A DNA stretch of 64,000 nt from Candidatus Bathyarchaeia archaeon. GTDB lineage: Archaea; Thermoproteota; Bathyarchaeia; Bathyarchaeales; Bathycorpusculaceae. A program made the translations under genes and the position numbers. Shown in pieces: positions 7,867-17,449 of the stretch (position 1 is its first letter; every line of letters begins with the position of its first letter). The notes under the pieces were generated by a model. It made no database searches. It saw only the letters and a list, made by a program, of their open reading frames with translations, and was not told the DNA's origin. The stretch lies in contig JAVYWL010000001.1 in assembly GCA_038727135.1 (NCBI GenBank), positions 32,001 through 96,000 on the forward strand. Direction: 5' to 3'.

Positions 7867-10359
7867 CTAGGCGAGTTGAAGTGAGCCTAGCCTTTCCACT
7901 TTTTCGGTCATGGCTTTGGCTGCTTCTGCGAATTTGTCGCCTTCTATGAAGACTAGGTTGAACATTTCGAGTCTTTCTGGTTCTATGCCATAGGCTTGGA
8001 GAAGCGTCTTCGCCATTTCCACCTTTCTTTGGGCTTTTTGGCTTCCAACCTCGTAGTGGCATCCGTCGGGCTTGCACCCCACCACCATAACGCCTTGGGC
8101 TCCAGCCTTAAAGGCTTCGAGAATATGCTGAACTTGGATTATGCCCGTGCATGGAACTCGTAGCACTCTAACGTTGGCTGGGTAGCTCATCATAGCCATT
8201 CCAGAAGAGTCTATGGCTGCGTGGCCACATTCTGAACAGCTGAAGGCCAGCACCAGCGGCTTTGAAGTGCCATTAATAGACAACAGCGCCTTTATTTGGG
8301 CCGATATTTGACTTGGCTTTAGATGGCGAAGCTCTATGGCGCCCACTGGGCATGTGCCAACACATACTCCGCAGCCCTCGCATAAAAGTTCTGAAACCTT
8401 AGCCACAAAGTGGCCGTCGCCCTTCGGCTCAAGAGTTATGGCGTTGTATGGGCATGTTACTGGGCAGAACTGGCAATTGCCACAATAATCCTCGTTTACA
8501 ACGGCCACCTTCGAGTCCTTGACTATTTTGCCATTCATAAGGAATTTGGCTGCCTTAACAGCCGCTGAATGGGCATGGAGCGAAGCTGTTGGGGCATCCT
8601 TCGGGAAGACAGCGCCACCACATATGAATATGCCTCTCCGTTTTGTTTCAGTAGGCCTGAGCTTGGCGTTGTACTCCTTAAAGAAACCGTCTTGGTCCAA
8701 TTCTATGCCTAGGATTTTCGCCAGCTCCTTTGCGTCTTCAGATGGCACCATGGCTGTGGCTAAAACCACTAGGTCTGCTTCCAATTCCAAGAGCCTTCTT
8801 AGAAGCTCGTCTTCAACCTCGACAACAAGCATGTTTGTGGCTGGGTCGTGGATTATTTCGGACGGCCTTCCCTTAACGAATTTAACGCCCATTTCTCTTG
8901 CTCTCTCATAATAGTATTCGTGTTCCCTGCCTGTTGTGCGAATATCTATGTAGCATATGGTCACATCCGCGTCTGGAAAGGCCTCCTTAATCAGCGTGGC
9001 ATGCTTCAGCGAAATCATACAGCAAATGCTTGAGCAGTAGGGATTCCAGCGCCGGTCCCTTGAGCCAACACATTGTACAAAGACGATACGTTTTGCCGGT
9101 TTTCTGTCTGAAGGCTTAACTGGCACCCCGCCTGTCGGGCCGAAAGCGTCCAGCATCCTCGCCAATTCCAAATGCGTTATCACGTCTGGATATTCGCCAT
9201 AGTGGTACTCCTTTATGACGCTTGGGTCATATTCTCGGAAACCGGTAGCCACAATTATGCTCCCGACGTTAAGTGTCACATATTCAGTTTTCTGGTCCAG
9301 ATTGACGGCTTTTGTTGGGCAAACCTCAACGCATTTGGCGCATTCATGGAACTTGCAGGCTTTGGCGTCTATGGCGTAGGCCGGTGGGTAAACCAAAGGC
9401 TTGTTTATGTAGATGGCTTTCCGCTTTGTGAGCTTGGCGTTATATTCGTCTGGCACTTCGACGGGACAGACGCTTGTGCATAGGTCGCATGCCACACACT
9501 TTTTCTCGTCCACATAGCGGGGTTTCCGTTCAACAGTCACCTTGAAGTTCCCCGGGCCGCCCTCAACCTTCACGACTTTAGCGTTTGTCAAAACACTCAA
9601 GTTTGGAATCTCTGAGAAGCCGGAACGGTAAACGCATTTCCTCGATGTTTGGGTCACAGTTTTTAGGTCCGTTGCTGGAGACTGAATGCATATGGCACAG
9701 TCGTCCGTCGGGAAGAAACGGACAGCTTTAGCAGCTAAACCACCCAAAAAAGGCTCTTTCTCTATCAAGTGAACTTGGAAGCCCATGTCCGCCAAGTCTT
9801 CGGCTGCTTGCATTCCAGCTATTCCGCCGCCAATAACAAGGATGGATTTGAGGGCTGGGAATTCGGCTTTCTCTATTGGTTCCAGAAGCTTGGCCTTTTC
9901 AATGGCAGCTAGGAGCATTGCCTTAGCTTTTTCAGTAGCCTCTCTCGGCGTGTTCCTGTGAGGCCATGCGCAATGATCTTTTAAGTCTAAAACCTCCACC
10001 AAATGCGGGTTAAGTCCAACCTCTTCAACTGCTTTTGCAATGGCTATTTCGCTTATTTTTGGTATCGTCTCTGCGACGACGACACGGTTTATCTTCTTGG
10101 TTTTAATGGCGTCTACTATAGTTTTTAGGCCTTCACCCCGCCAGAACTCGCTTCCCCTAGCGACAAGAGCAACCCCTGGAACAGTCTTAACAAAGTTTGT
10201 TAAGGCTTCAAAATCGAGGATTTTTGCTATTTGCCCACCGCAGTCGGATAGGAAGACTCCAACTTTTGCCTCTTCAACAGTTTTCACCTTCGTCTCCCTC
10301 CTTTTTCTCCTTACAACTTTACCTTTTGATTCTTTGGATGAGCCTTTTCTCGCTGTCAT
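7867..10359 (-). CDS. hdrA: HdrA-MvhD fusion protein
   Basis: GGGIAG, FPTDDCAIC, inserted ferredoxins, CVGSRD..YCSSICC, C-terminal MvhD (CSEC, RVPCTG, GCKPDGCHY); start set at ATG 10359 behind RBS GGAGGTGG. Confidence 0.92.
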   Translation of the reverse strand: MTARKGSSKESKGKVVRRKRRETKVKTVEEAKVGVFLSDCGGQIAKILDFEALTNFVKTVPGVALVARGSEFWRGEGLKTIVDAIKTKKINRVVVAETIPKISEIAIAKAVEEVGLNPHLVEVLDLKDHCAWPHRNTPREATEKAKAMLLAAIEKAKLLEPIEKAEFPALKSILVIGGGIAGMQAAEDLADMGFQVHLIEKEPFLGGLAAKAVRFFPTDDCAICIQSPATDLKTVTQTSRKCVYRSGFSEIPNLSVLTNAKVVKVEGGPGNFKVTVERKPRYVDEKKCVACDLCTSVCPVEVPDEYNAKLTKRKAIYINKPLVYPPAYAIDAKACKFHECAKCVEVCPTKAVNLDQKTEYVTLNVGSIIVATGFREYDPSVIKEYHYGEYPDVITHLELARMLDAFGPTGGVPVKPSDRKPAKRIVFVQCVGSRDRRWNPYCSSICCMISLKHATLIKEAFPDADVTICYIDIRTTGREHEYYYERAREMGVKFVKGRPSEIIHDPATNMLVVEVEDELLRRLLELEADLVVLATAMVPSEDAKELAKILGIELDQDGFFKEYNAKLRPTETKRRGIFICGGAVFPKDAPTASLHAHSAAVKAAKFLMNGKIVKDSKVAVVNEDYCGNCQFCPVTCPYNAITLEPKGDGHFVAKVSELLCEGCGVCVGTCPVGAIELRHLKPSQISAQIKALLSINGTSKPLVLAFSCSECGHAAIDSSGMAMMSYPANVRVLRVPCTGIIQVQHILEAFKAGAQGVMVVGCKPDGCHYEVGSQKAQRKVEMAKTLLQAYGIEPERLEMFNLVFIEGDKFAEAAKAMTEKVERLGSLQLA

Positions 10360-11776
10360 AAATTTCCACCTCCAAAGGCATTTGGCCAACGGCAAAATGA
10401 GTGGCGCATGCGAAACATGGGTCATAAGCCCTAAAGGCCATTTCAATCATGTTTAATATGCCGTCGGTCACTTTGCCCTTCTTGATTAAGCCTTTGGCTG
10501 CATCCCTAATTGACATGCAAATGCCGGGAACATTATGCGTAGTAGCCACAATCAGGTTGACTTTCTTGGCTAGGGCGTTCTCGTCCAGCTGGTAATGGTG
10601 TATAAGCGTTCCACGGGCGGCTTCCACGATGCCCACGCCTTCTCCCGGTTTGCCGGGTTTGTTGCGAATGTTTTTGCTTGTTATTTCCGGGTCTGTTACA
10701 AGTTCTAGGGCGCGTTCAGCCGCATACAATAATTCAATAAGCCTTGCCCAGTGGTAAGCCAATGTGTTATGAACTGGTTTTCCGCCTAGTGTGGAGTACA
10801 TGCGCTCGTATTCGGCTTGGGCTAGGGGTGTTGCCATGCCATCAGCCGCATTAAGTCTTCCAAGAGGACCGACACGGTATACGCCGTTTTCGGCTCCATC
10901 TATGAAGCCTTTCCATCCCACTTTTTTCAGATATGGAAGTTTAACGTAGGTCCATGGCTCCACACGCTCTTCAATAACGTCCAAATACTCTTTAGGTGAG
11001 AATTTGACGAATTCGCGTCCGTTGGGGTCTACTACGCGGACGTTTCCGTCGTAGAAGTTTACTTTGTTATTTTTGTCCACCAAGCCCATATAGTAGGTTT
11101 TGAGCGTGTATGCCGCGCTTTTAATCAAGTCCACGTAAGCAGTGTTTTTCAGCACTATGTCGTCGAAGAGTTTCAGCGAGAACTTGGCGAATTCTAGGCA
11201 ACTTCTTACCATGCGCTCAATTTCCCGGCGCTCTTCTTCTGAGATTGGCCTTGCAAATCCGCCGGGGATGCATGCGCTTACCGGGTGGGTTGCTTTTCCG
11301 CCTAAAATTTCCGTTATTTTTTGGCCATAAGCCCTATGCTTTATAACCTCCTTGCCTATTTCAAGGCCTGCCTTCTCAATGACACCTAGAACGTTGCGTT
11401 TTTCTGGTGGCGCGTCTGGTCCCACAACAAAGTCGGGGCCGCCAAGATAGTAGAAGTGTAGTGTGTGGTCGTATAGGTAGTAGCCGCAGTACATAAGCTC
11501 GCGGAGTTTTTTAGCTGGCTCTGGCGGTTCAACGTTGAAGGCGGCGTCTAGGGCTTTGGCGCTGGCCATGTGGTGGGCCACTGGGCATACGCCACATATG
11601 CGGGGCGTTATGATGGGCAGATCTTCGGCTCTGCGGCCTTCACAGAATTTTTCGAAGCCGCGGAGTTCCGGGACTTGGAAGTAGGCTTCGTCCACGTCGC
11701 CCTCTTCGTTTAGGAATATGGTTATTTTTCCGTGGCCCTCCAGCCTTGTTATTGGATTTATAACTATCTCTTTCAT
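10319..11776 (-). CDS. mvhA: [NiFe]-hydrogenase large subunit, group 3c (Mvh)
   Basis: PITRLEGHG, L1 PRICGVC, L2 AYDPCFACATH plus C-terminal extension; next to mvhG and hdrABC. Confidence 0.93.
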   Translation of the reverse strand: MKEIVINPITRLEGHGKITIFLNEEGDVDEAYFQVPELRGFEKFCEGRRAEDLPIITPRICGVCPVAHHMASAKALDAAFNVEPPEPAKKLRELMYCGYYLYDHTLHFYYLGGPDFVVGPDAPPEKRNVLGVIEKAGLEIGKEVIKHRAYGQKITEILGGKATHPVSACIPGGFARPISEEERREIERMVRSCLEFAKFSLKLFDDIVLKNTAYVDLIKSAAYTLKTYYMGLVDKNNKVNFYDGNVRVVDPNGREFVKFSPKEYLDVIEERVEPWTYVKLPYLKKVGWKGFIDGAENGVYRVGPLGRLNAADGMATPLAQAEYERMYSTLGGKPVHNTLAYHWARLIELLYAAERALELVTDPEITSKNIRNKPGKPGEGVGIVEAARGTLIHHYQLDENALAKKVNLIVATTHNVPGICMSIRDAAKGLIKKGKVTDGILNMIEMAFRAYDPCFACATHFAVGQMPLEVEIYDSEKRLIQRIKR

Positions 11777-12723
11777 GGGCGCATCACCCTCCTCCTTAGA
11801 AGGGAGTTAGCCAAAGAATACTTGTAGAAGGTTCCAACAGGGTCAACGACTTGCTGGATGACTTTCGGGTCTGTGGCTATGGAGGCGAAGGCGCTTATCA
11901 TGGCTGCGCCTTGGTCTGTCACGCGGGGTGCTGGTCCGCCGCATCCGGTGCATGGTATGTTCGCCTTTAGGCATTGGGCGCTGCATCCGCCTCTGGTGGC
12001 GGGTCCCATGCATATTACGCCTTGCTCTAGAAAACACGTTTTAAAGTCGTCTTCGATTTCATAGATTCGTTTTACTTGGGTAATTTTGCGGTCCTTCTTT
12101 TCTCTTGGACATTCGTCGCAGACAGACTTGTTGAAGAGGAGGTTTGCGCCTTTTGGTGGAAGTTTTCCGCTTAAGATGGCTTCTAGGGCGTCAATAACTC
12201 TTGGCACTGGCGGTGGACAGCCAGAAATAAAGTAGTCCACGTCAACTGTTTGCGCTAAAGTCTTAACAGTGTCGTAAAACTCTGGAAGCTCAAGCTCGCC
12301 CTGCGGCACTTTAAAACTTGTTTGGGGCGTTACTCCTTCAGGATTCCTTGTTGATGGAGTTTCAAAATAGGCTCTTTCAAAGATTTTTTCGCGGTTCCAC
12401 AAGTTGCCCAGGCCGACAACGCTTCCGTCGCAAGCGCATGAACCAAAAGCCACAAGAATTTTTGATTTCTGCCTTAGGAGTTTTGCCATGTATTCTTGTT
12501 CGCTGTTCCGTATAGCGCCATTGAAGAAGCAGACGTCTATGCTTTTGTCGGGCATGGCTTCAACATCCTTATATTTTATGTCCATGGCTACAGGCCAAAA
12601 AACGATGTCTGCTTTGGCTATTACATCCAAGATTTTCTCGTTGATGTCCAGAACGGCGATTTCGCATCCACCACAACTTGCTGCCCAGTAAAAGGCGAAC
12701 TTCAATTTCTGGGTTTTCTCCAT
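11773..12723 (-). CDS. mvhG: [NiFe]-hydrogenase small subunit (Mvh)
   Basis: AASCGGC, FGSCA, SGCPP, SVCDECP, CFLEQG..CMGPATRGGC..C..PCTGC; ATG 12723 behind GGTGAGGAG. Confidence 0.92.
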   Translation of the reverse strand: MEKTQKLKFAFYWAASCGGCEIAVLDINEKILDVIAKADIVFWPVAMDIKYKDVEAMPDKSIDVCFFNGAIRNSEQEYMAKLLRQKSKILVAFGSCACDGSVVGLGNLWNREKIFERAYFETPSTRNPEGVTPQTSFKVPQGELELPEFYDTVKTLAQTVDVDYFISGCPPPVPRVIDALEAILSGKLPPKGANLLFNKSVCDECPREKKDRKITQVKRIYEIEDDFKTCFLEQGVICMGPATRGGCSAQCLKANIPCTGCGGPAPRVTDQGAAMISAFASIATDPKVIQQVVDPVGTFYKYSLANSLLRRRVMRP

Positions 12724-12747
12724 TCTCCTCACCAGTTATGTATAATT

Positions 12748-12823
12748 TTAATGAAGCTAGATTATTGCAGCTTCTATAATTTAAATTTAGCTAATTTAGT
12801 AAATAGAAAATATGCTTCATTAA
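12748..12823. promoter_or_regulatory. Inverted repeat TTAATGAAGC..GCTTCATTAA in mvhG upstream region
   Basis: Perfect 10-bp inverted repeat at 12748-12757 / 12814-12823 in an AT-rich intergenic region. Confidence 0.35.
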
Positions 12824-12855
12824 GCTTAATTCAAATTTAAAATATAAAGAGAATG

Positions 12856-15648
12856 TTAGTTTGTTGCTGCTTTTTCAGCCTCTTTGTCTGTCGTCTTTTC
12901 CACGCTGAGCGCAGTTTCCATCGCTGTCGCTTTTTCCAATGGTTTGATTGGTGGTTCCTCTTCTTTTAAGTTTAGGGTTCCCCTTATTGTGCCGTCCTCC
13001 ATATACTTTAGCTGGAAGCCTAAGTTTCGCATAAGCTCAATCGCTTTCCGATTTTCTGGAAGCATTATTCCATAAACGCTTTCTAGGCCTCTTTCTCTGC
13101 ATATTTCTATAACGTAGTCCACGAGCTTTGTTCCTAGGCCTAAGCCTTGCCACGGATCCGCCACCAGAAAGGCTATTTCGCCTGTTTTTCCGTCAAGTTC
13201 TATGCTGACTCTGGCTGTTCCGATGATTTTTCTTTTGCCGTTTTCTGTTAGTTCGGCGACTATGGCTATTTCTCGGTCGTAGTCTATGTTGCAGTAGCGG
13301 ACTCTAACCTCGTGGGGCATGTGCTTAAGGGTCTGGAAAAGCTTGTAGCGGATGGACTCTTCTGAGCAGTTTTTGAACATTTCAAGCCACAGTGGCTCGT
13401 CTTCGGGTTTTATGGGTCTCAACAGTACTGTTCTGCCGTCTCGGAGTTTCCATAAGGTTTCATACTTTTTGGGGTAGGGGCTTATAACCAAGTGTTGGTG
13501 GGGTTCCACTTTCCGGAATATGAGTTCTTTGTCTATTATTATGCGAGCGTCTATGGCTATGGCGTCCTCTTCATCCACAAGCAGTGGGTTAATGTCAATC
13601 TCCTTTATTTGTGGAAAATCTATTAGCAGATGCGAGAAGAGAACCATAACCTCTTCTAGGCGTTTAATGTTGGCTGGCGGCATATTCCGGTAACCTTTCA
13701 AAAGCTGGTAAACCTTTGTTTCTTCCATCATGCGCCTAGCCAACGTCTGGTTTAGCGGTGGCAAGCCTATGGAGAAGTCCTTGAAAAGCTCCACGCCTAT
13801 GCCTCCCATTCCAAACATTATGACTGGACCGAAGACTATGTCCTTCTTTGACCCTAAAATGACCTCGTAGCCACGCCTCTTAATCATCGGCTGAACTGTG
13901 ACGCCGATTATTTGGGCTTTCGGATTGTATTTTTTGGCGTTCTTCATTATGGTTCTGAAGGCTTCTCTAACTTCGTCTTCGCTTTTAATGTCGAGGATTA
14001 CTCCGCCAGCATCCGTCTTATGAATTATCTGAGGAGAAAGAACCTTCAAAACCACCGGGTAGCCGATTCGCGAGGCAATGGCAACGGCCTCATCCTCGTC
14101 CTTAGCAATATAGGTCTTCACCACTGGAAAGTTGTAAAACTCCAAAACCTTTTTGGCTTCAAACTCTGTTAGTACTTCACGGTTTTCAAGCGCTGCGCCC
14201 TTCAAAATAGCCAATATAGGAAGCTTAGGCGGAGAAAGGTCGACAGGCAATTCTTCTGGAGTTTCATAGAGCAGTTCGAGGTTTCGCTTGTACTGGTACA
14301 TGTAAAGGTAGGTCCTCACCGCTTGCTCTGGAGTGGAGAAGGTTGGAATCTCGTTGGCGTTAAATATGAAGTTCGCCTCTTCCACAGCTTTCCTACCCAT
14401 AAAAGACGTTAGGATCGTTTTGCCCCGCTGCCCCTTGCTTTTTATAAGCTCCACTATGCTCTTTGCAATTTCAACTGGTTCCGCCACTGCTTGAGCCGTG
14501 TAAATTATGAGGATTCCGTCAACGTTTTCATCATTGAGGCACGCTTCCAAAACGGCTTTGTAGCGGTCGGCTCTGGCGTCGCCTAAAATGTCTATTGGGT
14601 TTCCATGGCTCCAATATGGCGGTAAAATGCTGTTAAGATATTCCATTGTCTGGGGGCTTAACTTTGCGAGTTTGCCGCCCATTCCTATGAGGGCGTCAGT
14701 AGCCATAACGCCCGGACCGCCAGCATTCGTTATTATTGCAAGGTTTGGACCGCGGGGTAGTGGTTGCATGCCTAAAACTTCGGCGCAGTTGAATAGGTCT
14801 GCTATTTCTTCTACGCGAACTATTCCGGCACGTTTGAAGGCGGCATCATAAACGTCGTCCTCGCCTGTAAGCGAACCTGTATGGGAGGCGGCTGCCTTGG
14901 CGCTTTCGCTGTATTTTCCAGCCTTTACAACGATTATTGGTTTTGTTCTGGCGAAGTGTCTTGCGGCACTCATGAACTTGCGGGCGTTTGTTATGCCCTC
15001 AATATACATGAGGATGCTTCGCGTTTTGGGGTCTGTTCCAAAATAGTCTATTAAATCGCCGAAGTCCACGTCTATCATGGAGCCTACGGAGACGAAGTGG
15101 CTGAAGCCAACATTCTCATGAACAGCCCAATCCAATATGGCTGTGCCGAGGGCTCCGCTCTGGCTTATGAAGGCAATGTTGCCAGGTCTTGGCATCTCAT
15201 TAATGAATGTTGCGTTTAAGCGTATGCTTGGACGGATAATTCCCAAACAGTTGGGTCCAATAATGCGTAAATCGTACTTCCGCTTTATCTCAAGAATCTT
15301 ATCCTCGAGGGCTTTGCCTTCTGGACCGGTCTCCTTAAAACCAGCACTTATAATTATTAGCCCTTTTATTCCGGCTCTGCCGCACTGCTCAACCACGTCC
15401 GGAACAGTTTTGGCTGGAGTGGCTATAACCGCCAAATCAACGGTTTTTGGAAGCTGCTCTACGGTTTGGTAGGCTTTAACGCCTAAAATCTCTTTTTTGC
15501 GGATGTTTACTGGGTAAACTTCCCCCTCAAAACCAGACTCAAGAAAGTTTTTCATTAGGGCGTAGCCTACAGAACCTTCCTCGTCGCTGGCGCCAACAAC
15601 AGCCACACTTTTAGGATTAAAAATCTTGTCAAGGTGTAAGGTAACCAA
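12856..15648 (-). CDS. ADP-forming acyl-CoA synthetase alpha/beta fusion with C-terminal GNAT domain (Pat/PatZ-like)
   Basis: FNPKSVAVVGAS, GPNCLG, SQSGALG, ASHTGSL, TNAGGPG, ATP-grasp region, then LRPIKPED..WQGLGLG GNAT motif A. Confidence 0.9.
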   Translation of the reverse strand: MVTLHLDKIFNPKSVAVVGASDEEGSVGYALMKNFLESGFEGEVYPVNIRKKEILGVKAYQTVEQLPKTVDLAVIATPAKTVPDVVEQCGRAGIKGLIIISAGFKETGPEGKALEDKILEIKRKYDLRIIGPNCLGIIRPSIRLNATFINEMPRPGNIAFISQSGALGTAILDWAVHENVGFSHFVSVGSMIDVDFGDLIDYFGTDPKTRSILMYIEGITNARKFMSAARHFARTKPIIVVKAGKYSESAKAAASHTGSLTGEDDVYDAAFKRAGIVRVEEIADLFNCAEVLGMQPLPRGPNLAIITNAGGPGVMATDALIGMGGKLAKLSPQTMEYLNSILPPYWSHGNPIDILGDARADRYKAVLEACLNDENVDGILIIYTAQAVAEPVEIAKSIVELIKSKGQRGKTILTSFMGRKAVEEANFIFNANEIPTFSTPEQAVRTYLYMYQYKRNLELLYETPEELPVDLSPPKLPILAILKGAALENREVLTEFEAKKVLEFYNFPVVKTYIAKDEDEAVAIASRIGYPVVLKVLSPQIIHKTDAGGVILDIKSEDEVREAFRTIMKNAKKYNPKAQIIGVTVQPMIKRRGYEVILGSKKDIVFGPVIMFGMGGIGVELFKDFSIGLPPLNQTLARRMMEETKVYQLLKGYRNMPPANIKRLEEVMVLFSHLLIDFPQIKEIDINPLLVDEEDAIAIDARIIIDKELIFRKVEPHQHLVISPYPKKYETLWKLRDGRTVLLRPIKPEDEPLWLEMFKNCSEESIRYKLFQTLKHMPHEVRVRYCNIDYDREIAIVAELTENGKRKIIGTARVSIELDGKTGEIAFLVADPWQGLGLGTKLVDYVIEICRERGLESVYGIMLPENRKAIELMRNLGFQLKYMEDGTIRGTLNLKEEEPPIKPLEKATAMETALSVEKTTDKEAEKAATN

Positions 15649-15707
15649 GCCATAGCACCAGCACCATGAAAATTCGGCGGCGAAGATTAAAAGTTTACCT
15701 AAAACTA

Positions 15708-15761
15708 AACCGCATTTTCAAAGTTGATTAAACTTATAACTTTAAAATCAGCCTAGTGTTT
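15708..15761 (+). repeat. 54-bp direct repeat, copy 1
   Basis: 52/54 identical to 17309-17362 by manual alignment. Confidence 0.9.
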
Positions 15762-15969
15762 GATAGAGAAAGGGATGATTGTTGTGATGGATAAGGTGAA
15801 GTTTAGATTCGCATTCATCGGCATAGCCCTATTCACACTTGCAGGCTGGCTTATAGGAGCACTTATTGAGCATACGCCTGGTCCCGGAGGCTTTCAAGCA
15901 ATAACCGCCTTAATTGGCGCCACTATAGCGGTCGGCATGCTGGCATTAGGAGAAGCACTAAAAAGCTGA
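15760..15969 (+). CDS. Small 2-TM membrane protein
   Basis: Two hydrophobic segments; start uncertain. Confidence 0.55.
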   Translation: MIEKGMIVVMDKVKFRFAFIGIALFTLAGWLIGALIEHTPGPGGFQAITALIGATIAVGMLALGEALKS

Positions 15970-16130
15970 AAGGGTAAGAAAAATTTGCGATTATAATAGA
16001 AACTTTAATCAGTGAAGAGACTCTATTGTTTGCTAAATACCTACCTACGCAACAAGAAAGACTCATGGAAACCAAGACTCATACAACTAACAAACTAAAA
16101 TCCATTTTTCTCTATCTTTGAAAATTCAAC

Positions 16131-16152
16131 GTTGGGTTGGGATTAAATTTTA
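16131..16152 (+). repeat. GGGTTTGGG(G)ATTAAATTTT motif, copy 1
   Basis: gttgggttgggattaaatttta, directly beyond the stop of 16154-16639. Confidence 0.75.
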
Positions 16153-16153
16153 C

Positions 16154-16639
16154 CTATGCTTCTTCCTGTAATTTATTTCCACAATATGGACAAAAGTCAA
16201 ATGTTCTTGAAATTTCCCTTCTGCACTTAGGACATGTTGTTGGTTTTAATTCGTAACCACATTTGGGGCAAACTTCAAAGTCTTCTTCTAATTCCTCACC
16301 GCATTCTGGACATTCTAAAAATCGTATTTCCTTGTGTTCTTTTATTACGGGTTTTACTTGCGCTTTAGCACGCATTAAAATCTTGTGCGCCCGTATGAGC
16401 TTATTAACATTCTTCCCATCTTCATAGACCCAATATGCTATTGCAAAACCGGACAAACCTAGCAAAATAACATAGATGCCTAACACTTTAAGAATATTAA
16501 AATCCGGTGAGGATAAACCAGCAAGTGGAAGTAATCTAAAAGCGTCAGTTAAATAATCTGCTGTCCTAAAAAGCTCATAGGCTATATAAAAGCACAAAAT
16601 AAAATTAATGAACAGAAAAAGCACAACTAATATCCTCAT
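16154..16639 (-). CDS. Membrane protein with C-terminal double zinc ribbon
   Basis: Two TM segments, then CPECG..CPKCG..CPKC..CPYCG. Confidence 0.8.
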   Translation of the reverse strand: MRILVVLFLFINFILCFYIAYELFRTADYLTDAFRLLPLAGLSSPDFNILKVLGIYVILLGLSGFAIAYWVYEDGKNVNKLIRAHKILMRAKAQVKPVIKEHKEIRFLECPECGEELEEDFEVCPKCGYELKPTTCPKCRREISRTFDFCPYCGNKLQEEA

Positions 16640-16724
16640 AATGCTTCATCTCTACAATTTAATTTATTTGGCTCAAAATTAAAAATTTTTGCAAATTTTC
16701 GGCGTATTGAAGTTTATTTTGGGC

Positions 16725-16831
16725 TAAAAATTAATCCCAAACCCAAACACCCTCTCAAAGGGGGAGAGAGGGACAGACGGACAGACAGAGACAGACACAC
16801 AGACAAACAGACAGAAACACAAGCATTAAAC
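16725..16831 (-). repeat. Motif copy 2 (inverted) plus GACA/TGTC-rich tract
   Basis: taaaaattaatcccaaacccaaac (reverse complement of motif), then gacagacggacagacagagacagacacacagac...cattaaac; imperfect inverted counterpart of 17360-17441. Confidence 0.75.
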
Positions 16832-16852
16832 TCAAGGAAAAAGGAGAATAGG

Positions 16853-17076
16853 CTATTTGGAAATCATTCCGTAAACTAATGTTGCGACTCCTATAAGTAC
16901 TAATACGGTACCAACTAATGTTAAATTAACCCGTAAGTAGCTAAAAATTGCGGTTGGTTGCCAAGCGGTAAACTTTCAGCAACCTTTGGAAGTACTACCA
17001 AATCAAAGCAAAAGAACACCATGCCTATTAAAAGGCAAATGATACCAACAAAACATACATTACGTTTCAAATTCAT
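16853..17076 (-). pseudogene. Frameshifted small 2-TM membrane protein gene
   Basis: ATG 17076 behind AAGGTG: MNLKRNVCFVGIICLLIGMVFFCFDLVVLPKVAE, then after a frameshift WQPTAIFSYLRVNLTLVGTVLVLIGVATLVYGMISK*. Confidence 0.5.
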
Positions 17077-17323
17077 CACCTTTCAAACTTAAATTTACTG
17101 TTCTAGGTTTCCATATTTGCTTTTCGTTTCTCAGGTATTTGGCTAAAAGGTAAGCTTCCTCGTTAATGAGAGTTCCAACTGTTTGGCTTTTCCCATGCTT
17201 AATTCTTGGAATGCCAACTTTAGCTTCAAACAGTCGGTTAAGCCTTTCAACCAATTCCCTAGTCTTTTCACGGTTTAAAACTTGTCTTTTCCTAAACGGT
17301 TAGAGCTGAACCGCATCTTCAAA
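17060..17323 (-). pseudogene. C-terminal fragment of a Cas1-like (solo/casposase-type) protein
   Basis: KMRFSSNRLG / KRQVLNREKTRELVERLNRLFEAKVGIPRIKHGKSQTVGTLINEEAYLLAKYLRNEKQIWKPR (one frameshift near 17290). Resembles, from memory, the C-terminus of archaeal Cas1-solo proteins; catalytic N-terminal part absent. Confidence 0.6.
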
Positions 17324-17362
17324 GTTGATTAAACTTATAACTTTAAAATCAGCTTAGTGTTT
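17309..17362 (+). repeat. 54-bp direct repeat, copy 2
   Basis: 52/54 identical to 15708-15761; coincides with the truncation point of the Cas1-like fragment. Confidence 0.9.
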
Positions 17363-17441
17363 AATGTTTATGTGTGACTGCTTGTGTGTCTGTGACAAGG
17401 TAAAGTGCAGGTAACGGGTGGGTTTGGGGATTAAATTTTTA
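17360..17441 (+). repeat. TG-rich tract plus motif copy 3
   Basis: tttaatgtttatgtgtgactgcttgtgtgtctgtg...gggtgggtttggggattaaattttta, ending 8 nt from the stop of 17450-17854. Confidence 0.75.
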
Positions 17442-17449
17442 ATCTCATA

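Noticed and set aside
10360-10446. N-terminal extension of hdrA in the ORF track
   Set aside because: Lies deep inside mvhA; SD GGAGGTGG supports ATG 10359.
6457-12723. Selenocysteine recoding in Hdr/Mvh genes
   Set aside because: All frames are open with Cys at the ligand positions; no in-frame TGA needed.
16771-16825. GACA-rich tract or the four 22-bp motifs as a CRISPR array
   Set aside because: No regular repeat-spacer period; copies are hundreds of bp apart and in mixed orientation.
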